Source: Lytechinus pictus (Eukaryota). From it: DNA of 64,000 nucleotides. The notes under the pieces were generated by a model, which did no database searches, had not been told where the DNA came from, and saw only the letters and a program-made list of their open reading frames with translations. Positions 49,462 to 61,725 of the stretch are shown here, piece after piece. Position 1 is the stretch's first letter, and every line of letters starts with the position of its first letter. Location of the stretch: assembly GCF_037042905.1 (NCBI RefSeq), contig NC_087245.1:23932001-23996000 (forward strand), in the 5' to 3' direction. A program made the position numbers and the translations under genes.

Positions 49462-52185
49462 CTGCAAAGCGACAATGGCAAGGGCAGAAGAACAGTGGAG
49501 ACAGGAACGGGGGAAAGAAAGGGGTGAAGGGGGAGTGGAGAGCGCACAGAGAGAAAGAAATTAAGAAAGAGAAAACAGAGATTAAGAATCGGGGAGAGAA
49601 GGGAAGTGTATAGAGAAAGGAATGGGAAAATAAAGTAACAAAATAATGATTACTTCAACAATAGGAGAGAAGATAAAAAAATCTAATGACACCTGAATTG
49701 CTTATTCTTAAGGTCTGATTTTGTAGTCAATGGATACTGCATAATTCGATGTAACGAAGTTATTCAGTTTTCATTTGGATTCGCCGATTCGACTGTAAAC
49801 ACTAAGTGAGATAATTATGTCATGTGAAGATCTCGACGTCATAAATTGTTGTATCTGGAAAATGAGTAATGAAATAATGGACTCTATATGCAGTCGATGG
49901 TCATGTCCGGGCCTAGTTATGCCACCGGGTCTTTAAACACAGTTGATATAGGAAGTTCTGATGGGATGAACTTATGAAATGCCTACCTCATTTTCTCCAC
50001 AAGATTGATCATCTACAAACACCTCGGAATAGTCACCATCATCCTGGAAGAGGAAATACAAAATCCATTCATCAGCAATTTCGTCAAATTGCCTTTGCTA
50101 CAAAAGCTTATCAATGTCATCATTTTGTCATATTTGCTGAAATTTCAAACCAAAGGAATTATCATGATACCAATTTCATAATGCATCTATATGATGTTGA
50201 AAAAACCTTGTTATTACTCTTAAACTACACTAGAGTCGGGTATTATCTCCTTTGATAAACGGAGGAGGAATGATCAATGAGTAGTGATTACTCCTATACC
50301 CCCTGCCCCCACTCCCTTGGAGACATGCAATTCCATGCATATATTACGTTAATTAACGTTCATAATTAAAACGATTTGGTATCTTTCTTACTTGTGAATT
50401 GGACGTAGACAGACTGCACTGAGGGGAAAGTGGCGGCCTCGTCGAAGCAGACACCAAGGGAGATATGTACCCGCTATCCTTGGATTCCTCAGCCCGAATA
50501 ATGTTTCTGGTGTGCGGATGGGACGGCTGTTGTGGTTGTGTACTTGAGATTCCCAAGGAACCCTGCGACCTGCGCCCATTAGGAAAGACGTCGTGACGTC
50601 GGGGTGGTAGTTCCGGTCCCTGGTCCATCGGATTTTCAGTGATAGTCATTAACCTAGCTGGCACTGGCATTGCTGGATCTGACGGCTTCATCCCATGTTT
50701 CAGTTCGGTTTGGTATTGTCCATGCGTTTTGTAGATGTTGCGTCGTTTATGGCGCCACCTCATGATTATGATAGTGATTAGGCCAACAGACAAAATGATC
50801 GCTACGGCAACTCCAGTGATGATATAAATCATTTTACTATCCAGTGAGCCTGTAGACGGTTGAACATCTTCCATTTTTGACAACTGTGGATGACCAATAG
50901 GATCCTTTTGAAAGAGAGGGGTTTTAGGGGTGATGCTAGGCAATTGGGGCATGTTATCACCAGCAGAAGGGCAGATGTCATGATGACTGAGATCTGCAAT
51001 CAATTGTCCTTTGAATCTTGCTGGAGATGCACAGGTTGCCATGTAGGACAGATCTCCCTCAAGACTTATTGCTTCAAGCCTGTACTGAAGAGGGTAAATG
51101 GAGCAATCGCAGTGAAGGGGGTTGTGAGAAAGATCAAGCTGAGTAACCTGAGGGATGCTGCTGAAGGTGATATTCCTGGTTGAGTTCAATGAGTTATTCT
51201 GCAGTCGGAGATCAGTCAGATGCCGAAAATCATCAAGTGCGCTAGTTTCTATTGATTCTATCCTGTTGAATGACAAGTCAAGTACATTAAGAGAATCGAG
51301 GAATTCAAACGACCGGCTCTGAATACTAATTATGCGATTGTGCTGAATATAGAGCTTCCTTAGTACAGTCAGACTAGCAAAATCGCGGTTATGGAGAAAC
51401 TGGATGTCATTGAAAGAAAGTTGAAGGGTGTGGATTCTGTTGGCATATGGAAATATTCCTGTTGGCACTCGTGTCAAGTTTGTATATTGCAAGTCTAAGT
51501 GGTTGAGATTGGTGAGTCCATTAAACGCACGACCGTTAAGGTCCCCCAAAGGGTTGTTCTTGAGATAAAGTTTGGTCAGGTGAGGATATCTGCTGAAGCA
51601 GTCGTCTGACAACTGCGTGATTTTATTACTGTCAAGGTATAGAGTTTGCAGAGAATTGGCAGACGAGAAGGCATCGCATGGAGCTGCCGTGAGTTTGTTT
51701 TCCTGCAGAGACAAGTACTTCAGTTGAGACATGTTCTGAAATGTGACTGGCTGAATCACCTCTATCCCAGCCTTGTTCATGAACATGTAGAGAACATTCG
51801 ACAGTCCAGTCATCATGTCCGGTTCGATGGTTGAGGTACATATCTCATTCAGATGGATCTGTTGCAACCGAGAACAGCCTTCAAATGCTCCGTTCTCCAG
51901 CGTCAGATTGTTCCTGTCCAGATACAGGTACTTCAAATAGGTGAAATTGCTGAAGGAACCCTTGACCAGCTGCTGCAGTCGGTTGTCCTGCATTCTCAAG
52001 GTCTTGGCTGAGTTGCATTCTTGTGGCACGTAGGTCAGGTATCGCCCCTGGCACCTGGCTTCCTTCCCCCATTCATAGTATTCGCAGACATCCGAACATC
52101 CAGTGCTCACCGCCCGACCAACTCCGATTAAGCAGACTAGCGCCACCAAGTTAACCAACAACGCTTGTTGAAAGAGATCACCCAT
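49339..52185 (-). CDS. Single-pass leucine-rich-repeat receptor (signal peptide, LRRNT, about 13 LRRs, LRRCT, TM, non-TIR cytoplasmic tail), about 657 aa
   Basis: Main exon 52185-50392: splice acceptor at 52215-52214 precedes the ATG at 52185 (MGDLFQQALLVNLVALVCLIGVGRA, signal-like); donor CAA|gtaag. It is followed by exon 50043-49987 (DDGDYSEVFVDDQSCGENE) and exon 49461-49339 (EPSAAEW...EYIPWRT*). The protein has LxxLxLxxN repeats, an NPLHCDC...ATCASP LRRCT and the TM segment IYIITGVAVAIILSVGLITIII. Confidence 0.85.
49987..50043 (-). CDS. LRR receptor cytoplasmic exon
   Basis: tcctcttccag|GAT...GAG|gtaggc; 57 nt, phase 0-0. Confidence 0.75.
50392..52185 (-). CDS. LRR receptor main coding exon (598 codons)
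   Basis: The 632-aa ORF in the track, trimmed to the internal Met after the acceptor and to the gtaag donor at 50391. Confidence 0.92.
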
Positions 52186-53469
52186 GATGAAATCATTGAA
52201 AAGTCTTAGATTTCTGCATAAAAACAATAGAAACGAACAATTATTCTTCATTTCAAAGCAAACACTGGGTAGTACGCCTGTTTATATCATTTTCGTCGCA
52301 ATGAAGGTATGGTTAGGATGTATAGACTCAAATTTGTAAAGGGAAATGAGTTCAAATCACAAATAAAATTGCTTCAAGCTTTCGTATTCAGTTGGAACTC
52401 AATGAAAATGATTGGATATGCTTTACAAGAAGATTTCCCTATACATAAAAAAAAGCAAGTGCAGGCATGTCAGCGTGCACTCTAAATAATAATAAAAAAA
52501 ATCACGAAATAAACTAAGAAAAAAAAAACGAATGGTAAATTTTTGGGAGACAACACTTTCTTTTTATGATTCAATAAGTTGAAAAGTTAGATCCAACACT
52601 CTGAAGGTCAAACAGGTTTTACATTACATTTGAAAATGTTTGCCACTTCTAGGCTTTTTTTTTTGTTATAAAAAAAATGTTATATTTTCAATGACCATTC
52701 AGGAAAGCAAATAAGTAATGGAGGATGAAATCTGCAATGTGGTTATTATAAATAGCGATAGATGCTAAAAAAATGATTGCACGGAAATAAAATGATCTCA
52801 GATTGAATTATGTTACCTCCTTCTTGGAGGACCCGTTAGTAATAAATATTCCTGATATTTTGAGAACTAAAATCACTAAAGGTGCATGGAGAAAGGGAAC
52901 TCTAAGATTGAAAACACTTACATAGCTAAATGTTCTATTATTGAAAAGGGGGCAAAATGTAAAACTTGTCAACGCGTCAACCAGTAAAAAAAAAGATTTG
53001 GGTTTCCCCGTTATCTGGTACAGTCCCAATTTATCATGAACCCTCTGAATCGATGTCAGTGATACATAAACGTATCGATCAACTATAAAGGTTTACAAGA
53101 CAATAATCTTTCGTTTTTATTTCAACAGTCGTTTGTCACGATATCACTTTAATGGGGCCTCAGTACCAGCTAGGGTTCAGTACACGATTAGGCCCCCAAA
53201 ATGAGGACAATACGAGTAAATATTGATTTCATTTCTTGTTTATATACCGTTATCCAGTGTGTATTATGAACGGTTATTTGGAGGAGCAGAGCATTATAGC
53301 CTCTTTTTAGGGACATGGAAGGGATTGGTTATGAAGAGAAAATGGGTGACTAATGGTTGCTAGTGAACTCTATAAGATGTGCAATTTACTTATGAGCGAA
53401 TATTGAAGTATTCGTTAATTGAAATGATGTACAATAATATTACTCTTTATCAAGAAAATAAACACTACC

Positions 53470-54150
53470 TCAAAAGTAAGTTCCCCCTAAAGAACCACAT
53501 CAAATCTTCCAGAATAACAAATTATTCCTGTTAGAGCCAAGCATGGAAAATATAAGAATGTTAGGGAGATGATTCTCGAAAATCAGTGACATCAGTGAAT
53601 TAACAGCTGAATGAGCACAACGAGAACAAAAAGATGCTTTTTCAAAAACAGCAAAATCTGTGCTTTTAATTATTTTGTAAAAAAACACACAGATAATTAT
53701 GCTTGCCTCAACGACCGAAGAAGCACAAACTAAAGGCAATAATGATTTTCAAATTTGCAAGAGAAACTTCATGTTTATTTTCAATGTGATAAAACATGTA
53801 CATGTAGTGGAATGCAGTACATTTTAAAATCATTGCCAAAAGTTGCACCATGATGCTGTCCTATCCCCTTTCTTCTAATATTGTCTTTAGTTCGTACCTA
53901 TTAACCCAAGTATTTCTCTAATTTTCACAAACATGACAAAACAAGTTATTAAAACACTTTGTTGTTTTTTAATAATTGCCATTTGGTTGTTCATGATGTG
54001 CTCATTCAGCTGTTAAGTCACGGATGTCGCTAATAATATTTTCGAAGAAAAAACAAAATTCCTGCAACTATATCTTATCCTTGGTTTCAACTTGAATAAT
54101 TTGTGATATTGGAAGATTTGATGGGGTTCGGGGAAGGGGGGCTTACTTTT
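53470..54150. repeat. Old, diverged foldback/inverted repeat
   Basis: catcaaatcttcca...aacagctgaatgagcaca (about 53498-53619) is mirrored by tgtgctcattcagctgtt...tggaagatttgatg (about 53997-54123). Confidence 0.6.
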
Positions 54151-55650
54151 GATGGTATGTTAATAATTTCAAATTTTCCTTATAGAAAAACATGATTCGT
54201 CTCCCGAAGACCGGTGTATAAAACATTTATCTTAATCAGACGCGTGTTTGTGTTCATCAAAGTAGTTATATCAATCTAGAAGATTGATAATCTGAAAAAT
54301 ATCAATGTTGATTTTTTTTTTATATATCTGTAAGGAATATTAGGTATGATATTTTGTATCTTCCCTTTTATCAATGTTTCATTAATGGAGCTTTTTACCA
54401 ACCTACATGTTTACCTGGATCTATAATTAGTTTTTACTGTCATCCATAATTAGAGATAGCATAATAGATATACCCATTAGAAATAAAATATTACATCATC
54501 CTTTGTCAATACTAAAAGAAAAAAAAGGGAAACCCAACGAATCTAAACTTTATTTGAATAGAATTCACGCACGAAAACATTTAAAGAATAATAGTAGGGT
54601 CTAACATAATAACAAGAGAACATTTCGTCATTTTGTCAGTCCTGTTGAAAATGTTTTCATATTTCTTTCATTTCGCTGTCCTGGGGATAAGATGGGGGCT
54701 GGAGGGAGTTGAAGAAGGTAAGCGCGAACAAAAAAAAATCGATCACAGTAGCTATTATCATTTTCATGTTTGAATAAGAACATTAAAAGAAAAAAACATT
54801 TGCCATGTGAATGACCCTGGGGAAGTTCTATAGTATTGTTTACATTATCATATATTTGCTCTACTCTACATGCTCCAGAGCGGGTTCGAGGGTTCAATCA
54901 TGGACCTAATATAGGTCCATGATTCAATTAACCCAATGCTTCAAACTTTCGGTCTACCAATGCTATAGCTCTCTTTCTAGATGGATACGCCTCCTGTAAA
55001 CAAGTGTGCCTAATTTAAATTGGGAAGAAGCGTGAGCTGTTTGTTGATCGAAACATGGACCTACTCCATGATCGAAATAGACTGAAATCCTTTTTCCACT
55101 CTGTACAGGGAACACACCCAAATGTACGGGGAAAGCCTGCTAATTTTGCAGCTACAGCAATTTGATACCTCAGGGTTACAACCTTTTAACAGTGTGACCC
55201 CGCACTTGAATTTGATTGACGAGCTTAAGTTCAGAGTCAGAGGTTGATATTACTTTCTGTCACCATAAATCTTTTGACATGTTATGGTGAAGAACGCTCT
55301 TTCGTTCGAGCGTTTGTTCCCCCATGCAGGGCTCCATGCATGCAATTACATCTCATCTCATATATCTATACCTTCATAACAGATTCATCATTCATACATA
55401 ATTTTATGTAGGAATAGAGAGATGCAAAATTGGCAACGTTTACCAGGGGGCTGTTGCATTAAACTTTTGCAATAAAAAACTCTGGTAAATAAGCAAATAC
55501 TCTGGCAAACAAATTATGACATTGACACACTTACACATCATTAAAAAAAACGCCCCCCCCCACAAAAAAGCCAGGGTTTTCATTTATGCAACAGGCCACA
55601 GTACGTTTCAAGGACAGAATCCCCGTCCCATTTCTCGACCCTCTTTCCTG

Positions 55651-55816
55651 GGGGCCGTTTCATAAAGCTGTTCGTAAGTTAAGAGCGACTTTAAGAACGA
55701 CTTTAAGAACGACGCGCTAAACCATCGCTAATGAATATACCATTTATCACAAGAAAGGATCACCAGTCGTTCTTAAAATCGCTCTTAACTTACGAACAGC
55801 TTTATGAAACACCCAC
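55651..55816. mobile_element. Palindromic Harbinger-like MITE
   Basis: gtttcataaagctgttcgtaagttaagagcgact / atcgctcttaacttacgaacagctttatgaaac. Confidence 0.75.
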
Positions 55817-58094
55817 CAGCTCTCTTTCCAACAAAGTGTCTTCATATATTTCTGATCGCAGGTAACATGGTCAATCTTTGTCTGTACTGTCTAAAATATC
55901 GACGCTCACTATCATATATGAGCATGGATAACACAATTTCTCAATTTCTGTCTTGAATGTATATACTTTTACATCCCCATCGGCAACGTCTTCTATTTTG
56001 GCTGTTTTATTTTTCAATTCATTGTTTTTATTTTTCTCACTGTTATTTCAGAAGACATTTTGTTCATGGGCTTTCGTATGTACTCTGTCATTTTTTTTTA
56101 TTCAGAAAGACATATAAATAAAAGAAATCTAGAAATTTGGGATGCATATTTATGTCTCGGGATGTGATACCGTTTGTGAATCCCAGTTCCACCTACTAGT
56201 ATGACATATTGTCAAACAGCTCTAAAATCACTATAAAAAAATGTTCCCCTTCTGACGATGGGCAGCGGTCAATGTGACAAGCCCTTAAGGGGCCAGTACA
56301 TTTTCGGATTATCAACCTCGATCTCAAGTCAATAATATTTACAGAGCTGGGTCCATAGGGTTTGTTTGCGTCATCATGAAAAGAGGTAAACGGCACTCCG
56401 AGATAAACACAGTTTGGACTTTGCTTTTTACGAGTGATTGTGAGCTCCTAACAAAGGATCTCCAGAATAACATCTCTCTATTTTGTTGATTTTTAAATTG
56501 CGGGGGAAAGGGCCACGATTTGAAAGAGGGGAAGTGAGAGAGCGAGAGAGACAGAGAGAGACAGAGAGGGGGGGGGGGGGGGGGGGGTTGGAGGGAAATA
56601 GAAATAGGTAAGAAAACAGTTCATGGTCCACCAGACCTATTTTGACAAAAAGATACCTACAAGCAAGGGAGCATGGTCGTACGCATATTTTCCGGGAAGG
56701 GGGCGGGGGCAAGTCACGTTGACCTAAAAATTGTCTTAGAAACTCGAACGCGAGGGAGCGAAGTGCCGAGCTTCTCATTGAGGCGCTTTGCATTATCTAA
56801 CGTGAATTTGAAAGATTTTGTGCAAACTGATGATGAATTTTGTGAAAATGACACATCATAGTTTACTGTCTCTTCACGCAAAGGTCACAAACTAAAAGGC
56901 CTACGAGTACATGGAACCAAGACGACCTTCAAATATCTGTACATTAAATCTTTCTTTTTTCGTTTTTTATAAAGCCAACTAAAAAGGGGTGGCAAAAATG
57001 CATCCCCTCCAGGAGCTCCTTCATTGTAAAATGATATAATATCACATTTTCATTTAAATGCCAATTCGCCATTAAAAAAAGTAGATTGATATATAACTTC
57101 TGTCCAGCTCTTGTGCCTAGTAGGGGTGGGGTTTTATATGAGATTTAATTGCCGGTCTAGCAGTTGGATTTCTGTTTGGGACCGAAAGACGTGAACTAGG
57201 ACTCGAACCTCACATCTCTGGCTCAATTAGTATATCTTAGACAGGGAGTAACACCTACACAAGTCAACTTGATTTAACAAGGGAGTCTAACTCCCAACTC
57301 CCTGATTTAACCATGGACCTACACCCACTGGTTAAGCGAACATTAATTTGTTCACATTCATCTGTAATCACTTTATTCACTCATTTCTTTTAATTATCAA
57401 TAATATATAGTGCACTCTTTCGAAGGAGTGGTTGAGCAATAATTGCTTTTTTTATACTCTGTGATAGATCTTTAACTGAAAAAAATCAAAAGAGCCAGAT
57501 ATTCGACGAAACTTTATGACAAAATTATGATGTTGAAAAGTACATTTGTTTCGATCTTGTTTATTGTTTGTGAGAAAGATGTTTCACACCCGCGCCGTTT
57601 CACTACCGAAATGCTTTCCGTTTCTTATCAAGCAACCATGTATATGAACATTTCTTGAGAGTTAGGTCACTCTATTTGGGGGGGGGGGGTGGAGGTGGGG
57701 AGCGAGACGATCCTTCAATAATTTGCTGTGCAAAGTTCGAAATTCGTGGGGGAGAGGGGAGGCACATACGCCAGCTCCCGTTACCCGGGATCGTCAACCG
57801 ATTCAAGCAATGCAACGTTGGGATGGCATTACATCATTTGCATCGTCGCCGCATCGCGAGACCACCGCAGCATCGCAACACCACCGCATCATCGCCGCGT
57901 GCGTCATATACGTGCAATGTCCCAGTTTCCATTAAAAAATTCCAACAGGTCTAAGAGACGTTACGTCAATAACTTTTCACGGTGCTTATTACTTATGACT
58001 AAAACTTAAAATTCATCGTAAAGGCAGTGGGAACTCTGCGTCATGAAAAGTTGAAGCTCCATGCACGAGAATAAATTCGCAACCAGGTCGTTAA

Positions 58095-58909
58095 AGGTCA
58101 AGTCCACCCCAGGAAAATGCTGACTTGAATAAAAAGAGAAAAATCAAACTAGCAAAGTGCTGAAAATGTCATCAAAATCGGATGTAAATTAAGAAAGTTA
58201 TGACATTTTAAATTTTCGCTTATTTTTCACAAAACAGTGATATGCACAACTAGGTGACTCAGTCGATGATGTCCATCACTCACTATTTCTTGTTTTTTAT
58301 TGTTTGAATTATGCAATATTTCATTTTTTATGGATTTGACAATAAGGACCAACTTGACTGAACCATATAGAATTAAACAATGCTAATTCCACATGTTCAG
58401 GGAGGGATTAATCGTTATATCACTTGACAATGAGGAGAAAATTAGAATATTTCATATAATAAAATACAAAAGAAATAGTGAGTGGATGACGTCATAGTCG
58501 AGGAGGCGCGATAGCTCAGTCGGTAGAGCGGGGGATTCGTATTCTGGTGACCCGGGTTCGATTCACACTTGGTGCGCTAGTGCCCTTTGGTAAGGCATTA
58601 ATCCTCATTACCAGGTCCTTCGGAGATGACCTTAAGCCGTCGGTCCTCTGGTTGCTTGCTTACAAGCATTCATGCTTTCTTAGCAATCAGGTAAAAAATC
58701 CCCACCAATCAATCAATCAATCAATCAATCAATAGTCTCCTCATTTGCATACCAGCCAGGATGTGCATATAACTGTTTTGTAAAATTAAGCGAAACTTTA
58801 AAATATCTTTCTTATTTTACATCCGATTTTGATGAAATTTTCAGTGTTATGCTTGTTGGATTTTTCTCTTTTTATTCAAATCAACTTGTTGTTGGGGTGG
58901 ACTTGTCCT
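58095..58909. mobile_element. Full-length non-autonomous Kolobok-like DNA transposon with TTAA TSD
   Basis: TTAA|aggtcaagtccacccc ... ggggtggacttgtcct|TTAA. The 5'-RR termini with a TTAA TSD fit Kolobok rather than piggyBac. Confidence 0.8.
58500..58731 (+). mobile_element. tRNA-derived SINE nested in the Kolobok-like element
   Basis: A-box tagctcagtcggtagagc, B-box ggttcgattc, (caat)n tail, TSD ATAGTC at 58494-58499 and 58732-58737. Confidence 0.85.
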
Positions 58910-60067
58910 TTAACGAGTCTCAAATATTACCGTAAATTTTGATTCTCATATACACACTCCTCACCTAACATTCTTTTCTTGCAATACTATGGCAAAGAGT
59001 ACATAAGAATCACATATCATTTCAAATGCAATTTCATGTTTAAAGTAAATGGAAATAAAAGACCATTATATTTCTTTTTTTTTTCTAAATTTCGAGAGGA
59101 AGAATGAATTATACTACATGTATACACACCGTCTCTTTATGATTTCCAGTATACTACTCGAGCAAGGCAATTTTGCTGTATAACATTCAGGTTTGAAAGA
59201 TGAGTTCAAAACAGACTTTCCTCATCACAGAGTGCCTAATCGGGATATGAAATTAGAATCCATCTATCATTTCTATATAGCGAAATCGTAGATAACTTTA
59301 ACCAAAATGCATTACCCCCGCAAACCATCTTGACATTAAGAGATGAGAGTGACATTGCGCAATCAATACGATAATACCTCTTTACCAGATAAACTACCTG
59401 TTTCGAGCTGAATCGACAAGTCTCATTACCATTTCTCTAAAGAAGCCCGTGAGAAGTTGATGGTGAAGATGTTGAAATCAAATGTTCCACAATTTCAAAC
59501 TCAACTTAGAATTACGAACTGATGTAAGCGGAAGTTCTATCAAAGAAAACCATTGCTTTTCAAAAAAAGGATGTTCTGTCAGTCGTGGGGTGGGTGAAGC
59601 AATTAATGTAAACTAAATCGAAAGGAAACTTATTATTGTTCCATAATCATGGGAAAACCCAATATACATCCTTGTTTAAATATGGACACACATTTATTAT
59701 ACATGAATTGATGCCGGTGATAAATCCGTAAACTCTGTCAAGGGTTTTTTTTTTCTTCGATTTTTTGTTTAATTCCCTTAGTTATTAAACGTTTTCTTTT
59801 TCATTTGTGTTGAGGTTGTTTTTTTATGAAACGTTTCTTGATCCACACCTATACTCTTTTCTCTCTGTTTCTCTAGACATCTGATTTCAGAAAGGTGGTG
59901 GGGGAACCCTGGGGGAATAAGACGATACAACCGCTGGAAAATAGTTCTGCCATGTGTATTTTAACAATATCAACCACATTTACATCACCTTGAAATAAAT
60001 ATTTCTCAAACGTATGAATCCCAATTCTGATTTTTTTAAAGGTCGAATAGAAGAAAATAGAACTCTT

Positions 60068-60234
60068 ATACCTCGGTCACATTTGCTCTACGGCGGCCGT
60101 ACGGCGAGTCGAAAACAGCCGTTTTATTCAATTTCATTCAAAACATCTATATGAAACTGATACCAAAAAAAATGTTAAAACGGCTGTTTTCGACTAGCCG
60201 TACGGCCGCCGTAGAGCAAATGTGACCAAGGTAT
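60068..60234. mobile_element. Palindromic MITE with TIRs of about 58 bp
   Basis: atacctcggtcacatttgctctacggcggccgtacggcgagtcgaaaacagccgtttt is mirrored at 60177-60234; partial related copy at about 1769-1812. Confidence 0.8.
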
Positions 60235-61589
60235 TAACCGAACTTTTAAAAAAATTGTGTTTTCCCTATGAATGCTATTTTAAGTTGCTAGTAAACTCTG
60301 TAAGGTATTACGATCAGCTAAGGACAAACTCACAACAATGTGATACATCGTGGCACGCATGGCGGTGCCATGGAGGGGGGGGGGTGTCGACCGAGGAGTG
60401 AACTCATAGAACAGAGATGAAAAAAAAGGGAAAAAAGAGTGAGGAAAAGGGAAGAAAAGCATTAAAAGAATGATTCGATGGGGACAAACTATGCAGTCAC
60501 CTTTCGGACGTGCGCCCGCCCTCCCCCCCCCCCCATCAAAATATTCTTGCATCTCCCTTGAGATATGGATTACCATGAAGATTGCTGGGGAAAACCCGGG
60601 GAAAACCACATTCATCAGCAAAAACATGATAGTCACAGAAAACCATGGCAACCTCATGAACCCTCGAAGTAATGTTCGACCCTCGAGAGATCGCAGGGTC
60701 ATGGAGCGTATTAGCGAGTTTCAATCATCTCTCCTGCAATCTGAGATGCATTCCCCTTTCGACAAGACTTATCACAACCAAGCTCAAGCGTATGGGGGGG
60801 GGGGGCATGGTTACCATATTACCTGGAAATAAGGCGGCTATGGTTATAACAATTACTATTTACAATAAAGGATGATCCCTGTCCTCCCGTCAGACAGATA
60901 TGATTATTTGATTTGTTCTCTGTGCTGTTTATAACTCGCCTCCACTGTCATTTCTCTTCTATTTCTACATCTACAGAGGCTAATTAAGCCATGACTAATT
61001 AGGCCAATCGCACGGGCCCCGAGGGCCACCTCCAGAAAATTCAAAACCCCTCCATCACTAATCCCACGATCGAAAACCTTGCTTATAAACATGACGATTA
61101 GTTGTCTTTACTCTAAATACAGTGCCTCTGGATTTCTATCTTATCGCTCGGTCGCTACGTCCGAACGCATTCCCTCTTCGATTAACACAAATGCTTTCGT
61201 ACACTATTTCAGATGCAACACGGTGCATATTAAAAAGAAGCAGGCGCCTCTTTCTAAAAAAAGCATTTCAATAAAACTCTGCGGGGATGTAATATTCTAC
61301 TGTTAAGGGCTTATTATAATCATAATTATTTTGTTTGGCGTCAGCTGAGCCTCGATGGCGAAAGGGAACTTGCGCCAAGTTTTCTCCTCCCGATGAATGG
61401 AGTGAGCAGGTGGAAGACGGCGTCGGGGTTTCCCCTTATACTGATACAAAAATAAAGGATTTTTTGTTTTGTTTATTCTCCTTTCTTCGTAAAAATTATT
61501 GGTTCCGATACAGACGGGTACTCTATATACGTTGCGCCCTATCCAAGGAACATGGTGTTTTTTTTAACTATTATTATTATTATTATTTT

Positions 61590-61725
61590 GCGTCTATGAA
61601 ACAGCTATACCGGAGGGGCACGTTAACTCACGACGCGGACTTTATTCACATGGCTGGAGTCGGCTCGAACCTCATACCTTGGTTCGAAACCCTAACGCTT
61701 TTTCCGACTGCACCAACTCATCCCC
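61590..61725 (-). mobile_element. Degenerate tRNA-derived SINE head
   Basis: Minus strand tgagttggtgcagtcgg...gaggttcgagcc with A/B-box-like motifs. Confidence 0.4.

Noticed and set aside
52186-52251. First 22 codons and last 12 codons (50353-50391) of the 632-aa ORF call
   Set aside because: The first stretch spans a pyrimidine tract and acceptor before the signal-peptide Met; the last stretch follows a gtaag donor. Both are probably intronic or UTR.
58504-58575. tRNA-like sequence (also at about 12101, 15640-15716 and 11690-11750)
   Set aside because: No complete cloverleaf or acceptor stem, and each continues into a SINE body or tail; these are SINE heads, not tRNA genes.
60280-60832. 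Overlapping 120-140 aa ORFs on both strands (likewise 57655-58009 and 61335-61730)
   Set aside because: No recognisable domains or consistent splice structure; they lie in G/C-tract, repeat-derived sequence.
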